From positions 10,692 through 74,691 of the forward strand of contig JAZNXN010000034.1 of assembly GCA_045593885.1 (NCBI GenBank): 64,000 nt of DNA, read 5' to 3'. The number at the start of each line of letters is the position of its first letter. Position 1 is the first letter of the stretch. Shown piece by piece: positions 60,619-64,000 of this stretch. Made by a program: the position numbers and the translations under genes. The notes beneath the pieces were generated by a model. That model was given only the letters and a program-made list of their open reading frames with translations, had not been told where the DNA came from and made no database searches. The stretch is from Eubacteriales bacterium (GTDB lineage: Bacteria > Bacillota > Clostridia > Oscillospirales > CAG-272).

Positions 60619-61449
60619 ATGAAAATCGTTCCGTTTGAGGCACTCTACAACACTGAATTTCAGATAAACGAGCCAATGTCAAAAACGCAGGACTGGCACT
60701 CCCGCTACAATTATTATAACGCACTCGGAAGGCCGAAGATTTCTCACACCCTTCTGTGGATGAAGAACTGCTGTGCAACGGTAAGGGATAAGAGCGGATT
60801 TATCCTTGAGGTCGGGAGAAATCAACTGCTTTACACGGCAAAGGGCACGGAGTACAGAATTGATTTTCGCGATACGGGAGAGGGGGATGACGATACAGTC
60901 GTTATCCATTTTCAGTTGACCGACGCAAGCGGTGAGGATATTGCCCCCTCGATGCGGCCCGTTCTTTGCTTAAAAAACGTCGAATCATCTATGGCTATGG
61001 ATATGGATAATCTCGCCGAGGAGATGAAAAAGAATATCGTTTGTATGCCTAAGGTCAAGGCAATTATATACCGTATACTCGCCGCTATTTGTCAAAAACA
61101 AAAAAGCCGTGCTACAAAAAATAAGTACGCCTGCATCCGCACGGGAATTGAGCTTCTGGAGCAGGATTCGCGACTGAGCATAGCGCAAATCGCAGAAAAA
61201 AGCGGTGTCAGCGAATGTTATTTCAGGCGACTGTTTTGCGAGTATAGCGGCGAGAGTCCTATGACCTTTCGCCAGAGGCACAGAATAGAGAGAGCCAAGC
61301 AGCTCCTTCTCTCCGAGGAGCATTTCACTATAGGTGAAATTGCCTATCAGCTTGGTTTTTCCGACATATATCATTTCAGCAAAACCTTCAGTAAATTCAC
61401 AGGGTTGTCGCCGTCCGCCTTTCTCAAAAAGGCTACATTATTAAAATAA
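60619..61449 (+). CDS. AraC-family transcriptional regulator
   Basis: LSIAQIAEKSGVSECYFRRLF...IAYQLGFSDIYHFSKTF; divergent from the catabolic operon. Confidence 0.92.
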   Translation: MKIVPFEALYNTEFQINEPMSKTQDWHSRYNYYNALGRPKISHTLLWMKNCCATVRDKSGFILEVGRNQLLYTAKGTEYRIDFRDTGEGDDDTVVIHFQLTDASGEDIAPSMRPVLCLKNVESSMAMDMDNLAEEMKKNIVCMPKVKAIIYRILAAICQKQKSRATKNKYACIRTGIELLEQDSRLSIAQIAEKSGVSECYFRRLFCEYSGESPMTFRQRHRIERAKQLLLSEEHFTIGEIAYQLGFSDIYHFSKTFSKFTGLSPSAFLKKATLLK

Positions 61450-61581
61450 TAATCTCTTTTCAGCGCACTGTGCAAAGCAAAAAGCCCCGATTTCTCGGGG
61501 CTTTCCTTTGTTTTTGGGATAGGTTGCGGAGCTTTCGGATGCAAAAGCAACCAAAACAACTCTTTGATTAGGTCGAGGGAC

Positions 61582-61719
61582 TTATAACGTCCAGTTTAAC
61601 GGCAAATCCCAGATGCCGACAGTATTGTCATTATTTCCCGTGCTGTTAATGGAGAGAGTGATGAATTCTTCACTCTTGATTTTAACAATTTCGAGTGTGG
61701 GTTTAGTATATTTTTTCAT
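61582..61719 (-). CDS. Small peptide (45 aa) with YxxPxL leader-like motif (not in ORF track)
   Basis: MKKYTKPTLEIVKIKSEEFITLSINSTGNNDNTVGIWDLPLNWTL; starts 14 bp after the upstream gene stop. Confidence 0.7.
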   Translation of the reverse strand: MKKYTKPTLEIVKIKSEEFITLSINSTGNNDNTVGIWDLPLNWTL

Positions 61720-61733
61720 TCATCTATCCGCCT

Positions 61734-63649
61734 TTATTCTTCATTTACGGGTGCGCCAACAACTGCCTGAATACAAACGTTTGTTGCAAATTCACCGTTG
61801 TTGTATGCCGCATAGTAGTCGGATATCTCGGCAAGAGATACGCTGGAATTATTGTAGTTATCGCTCGCACCGTCAGCGTATACGATATAGGTTACGCCTC
61901 TGCACTCAAGAACCGCATAAGAACGGAAGAGAAGCTCAACATCCTTCATACCGTCAATGCTGCTTGTACCGGTGACTGTACCGTTCTCGTCAATAGAGCC
62001 GTTAAGGAAATCAACGGTGTACGCAAACATTGTATAGTCACCAATACCCTCAGTTGTATTGAGGATGTACGCCTTCTCGGCATTACCTATGGTCTTGAAG
62101 CTCGTATCGGTGCTTGCGGTGATTCTGAAGTTCTGCGAAGCAGATACTCCGTTCTCCTCATCATAGCTTATTACAAGCTCGTCGAACCCGGTATCACCCT
62201 GATCAACCGCAACAATTGCGCCGTATACCTTAACGGTTATACCCATCTCTGCAAGAGATGCGTTGTCAAGGTAGAATACGGATCTGATACCAACATTAGA
62301 ATGGAGTCTTGCCTGATAGCCTGCGAACCTGATTACGGTTTCGCCGTTTGCGAGCTCGTTTATCTTCGTCTCGATAGCAGCCTTTGCACCCGTATCGCTA
62401 AGCTGATAGTCAGATGCGAATGCATAGAGCGTTACTTTGCTGCTATCGGAAAGTGCATCAAACTTTGCAGTATCTATCTTATTATAATACATAAGATCTG
62501 CAAAGTGGTTCTGCATAACCTGAAGGTCGGTAAGAGCGACGTCGTAAACTCTGAGGTAATAGAAGTAGTTGTTGCCCGCAAGGTTAGCCATAACGGTATT
62601 CATGTTTGCACTTGCACCGTAGAAGGGATACTCACTGTATCCGCCAGTAGCTGCCTTCTCGTAGGATGCAGCCTTGGAAACGAGCTTATGTCCGTCGGTG
62701 GGATGGTCAAGAAGCACCTTGTAGCTCGTAAGGAAGGAATATCCCGTAGTGTAGCTAACAGTGGAGGTAAGGTGCAAGGAGCCGCCTACGCTGCTCTTAC
62801 CCGAAGCACCGCCGAAACGTCCCGCATATCCGTTTGCAAAATTGCTGATGCTTCCGTCGGTTGTATTCTGCTGTGCTGTTGTGAAGACTCCGTCTGCTTC
62901 GACTGCTCGTTTGACGTTCCTTCAAACATATCCGTGCCTGTGGAGCTGATTGCCGTATAAGATGACAAGAATACCGAATAGGGATACTGAAGGGTATTCT
63001 CACCAATGTAAACGGATGCGTCAACGGTGAATGCGTTACCGCCGTTAGCGGCAGGAAGCATATAGCTGTCACCTACAAGAGTAGTCTCAGTGTAGGAAAG
63101 TGTGAAGGATAGCATATTTCCCGCTTCCTTCTCACTGAAGGGCCTCGAAATAATTATACCCGTTCCAAATCCCGCGATATAGGCACCAGAGCCCTGAGTG
63201 TCGGCAAAATCGGTAAATCCACCCGCAACCGTCGGGAAAGTGTTAGTGGAGTTGCTCTTCGTGGTTATCATATACCATTTGCCTGCATTTTCGCCGCCGA
63301 TTATCTTGATATAGCTGCGTCCGTAGTTTCTATCAAAGCTGGTGGATGCGGAATATCCGTTGATAATACGGTAGTTACCGTCGTGAAGGTTAACCTGATA
63401 TCTGAGACCGATTTTTTCGTCATAGGAGAGCTGCTTTGCATGGCGGTCAGCGCGCTGCTCGTCGGTTATGTTCATAAGGTCAACGAAGGACAATAGGTGT
63501 CCGTCATCGTACCACAAATGCTCGTAGTACTCGTAGGTGCCTACCTTTGGCTCGTTTGCATCATCTGCATATGATACCAGCGATATTGCAGGTATTGCAC
63601 AAATCAGCATAACTGCCACTAAAAGTAAGCTGACAATTTTCTTTTTCAT
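61734..63649 (-). pseudogene. Secreted/surface protein split by a single frameshift near 62900-62920
   Basis: ORF 62786-63649 has a signal peptide; the frame of ORF 61734-62777 stays open upstream to about 62921 with protein-like sequence (AVEADGVFTTAQQNTTDGSISNFANGYAGRFGG). Confidence 0.65.
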
Positions 63650-63870
63650 GAATGGTCTCCTTTACAAATTTGTTGCAATTATACTATACAATACGCGATT
63701 TTTTACTGTCAATTGTGATTTATTACAAAAAAGTAATGTTCAATTTTCGCAAGTTGCACAAGGGATTTTGACATATTACCCTACTTTGTTTCGTTTTTGA
63801 CATATTCTTCTTTAACAATGCAATAAAAACATATTCTTTATACCGTGACTTAACCGCTGAAAAATGGTTA

Positions 63871-63899
63871 TTGACAAAGCCTTGCCAAAATGCTATAAT
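63871..63899 (+). promoter_or_regulatory. Consensus sigmaA promoter
   Basis: TTGACA-17bp-TATAAT with extended TG. Confidence 0.7.
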
Positions 63900-64000
63900 G
63901 AGGGTGCTACACATCACGAATAATTCCGTCAAAGAGGAGAAACACTATGCTAAAAGTGTATCCTCTCTTTTACCTGTTCTCTTTTTTGGCGGATATGTAG

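Noticed and set aside
61483..61502. Hairpin similar to the one at 46587-46604 (CCCGATTTCTCGGG)
   Set aside because: Short terminator-like similarity only; flanking sequences are unrelated.
63947..64000. 17-codon ORF after a strong promoter at the window end
   Set aside because: Too short, it overlaps an imperfect hairpin, and the downstream context is outside the window.

Overview
A 64 kb chromosomal segment from a spore-forming Clostridia-like bacterium. The cotJABC genes, SCIFF/ScfB, the T-box upstream of valS and the ECF S-components all point that way. It carries housekeeping genes (trmB, an ATPPase-only guaA, gpmI, a GyrB/ParE-like subunit, valS, a RluA-family synthase, lnt, rlmD, coaX), a cobalamin-riboswitch transport unit, a surface-glycan glycosyltransferase cluster with a tandem double O-antigen-ligase-like protein, and two AraC-associated carbohydrate loci. 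The most unusual signal is non-coding. The same 121-bp element (103/121 identical, ungapped, one covarying hairpin pair) sits downstream of two different tRNA genes (Trp and Leu). In both places it is preceded by an inverted copy of the tRNA T-arm and fused exactly to a duplicate of tRNA nucleotides 61-76. At the Trp locus it is embedded among T-arm-like repeats, small GNA/GNNA-loop hairpins, heptamer repeats and an AT-rich cassette encoding a four-helix-bundle protein. Other notable items: a 10-gene catabolic operon of unknown substrate, three matching 21-bp-period AraC-type operators with a candidate sRNA, and three small ORFs absent from the ORF track (a 7-Cys SCIFF peptide, an N/Q/K-rich peptide behind a sigmaG-like promoter, and a YxxPxL-leader peptide). 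All product calls come from recognised motifs, not database searches.
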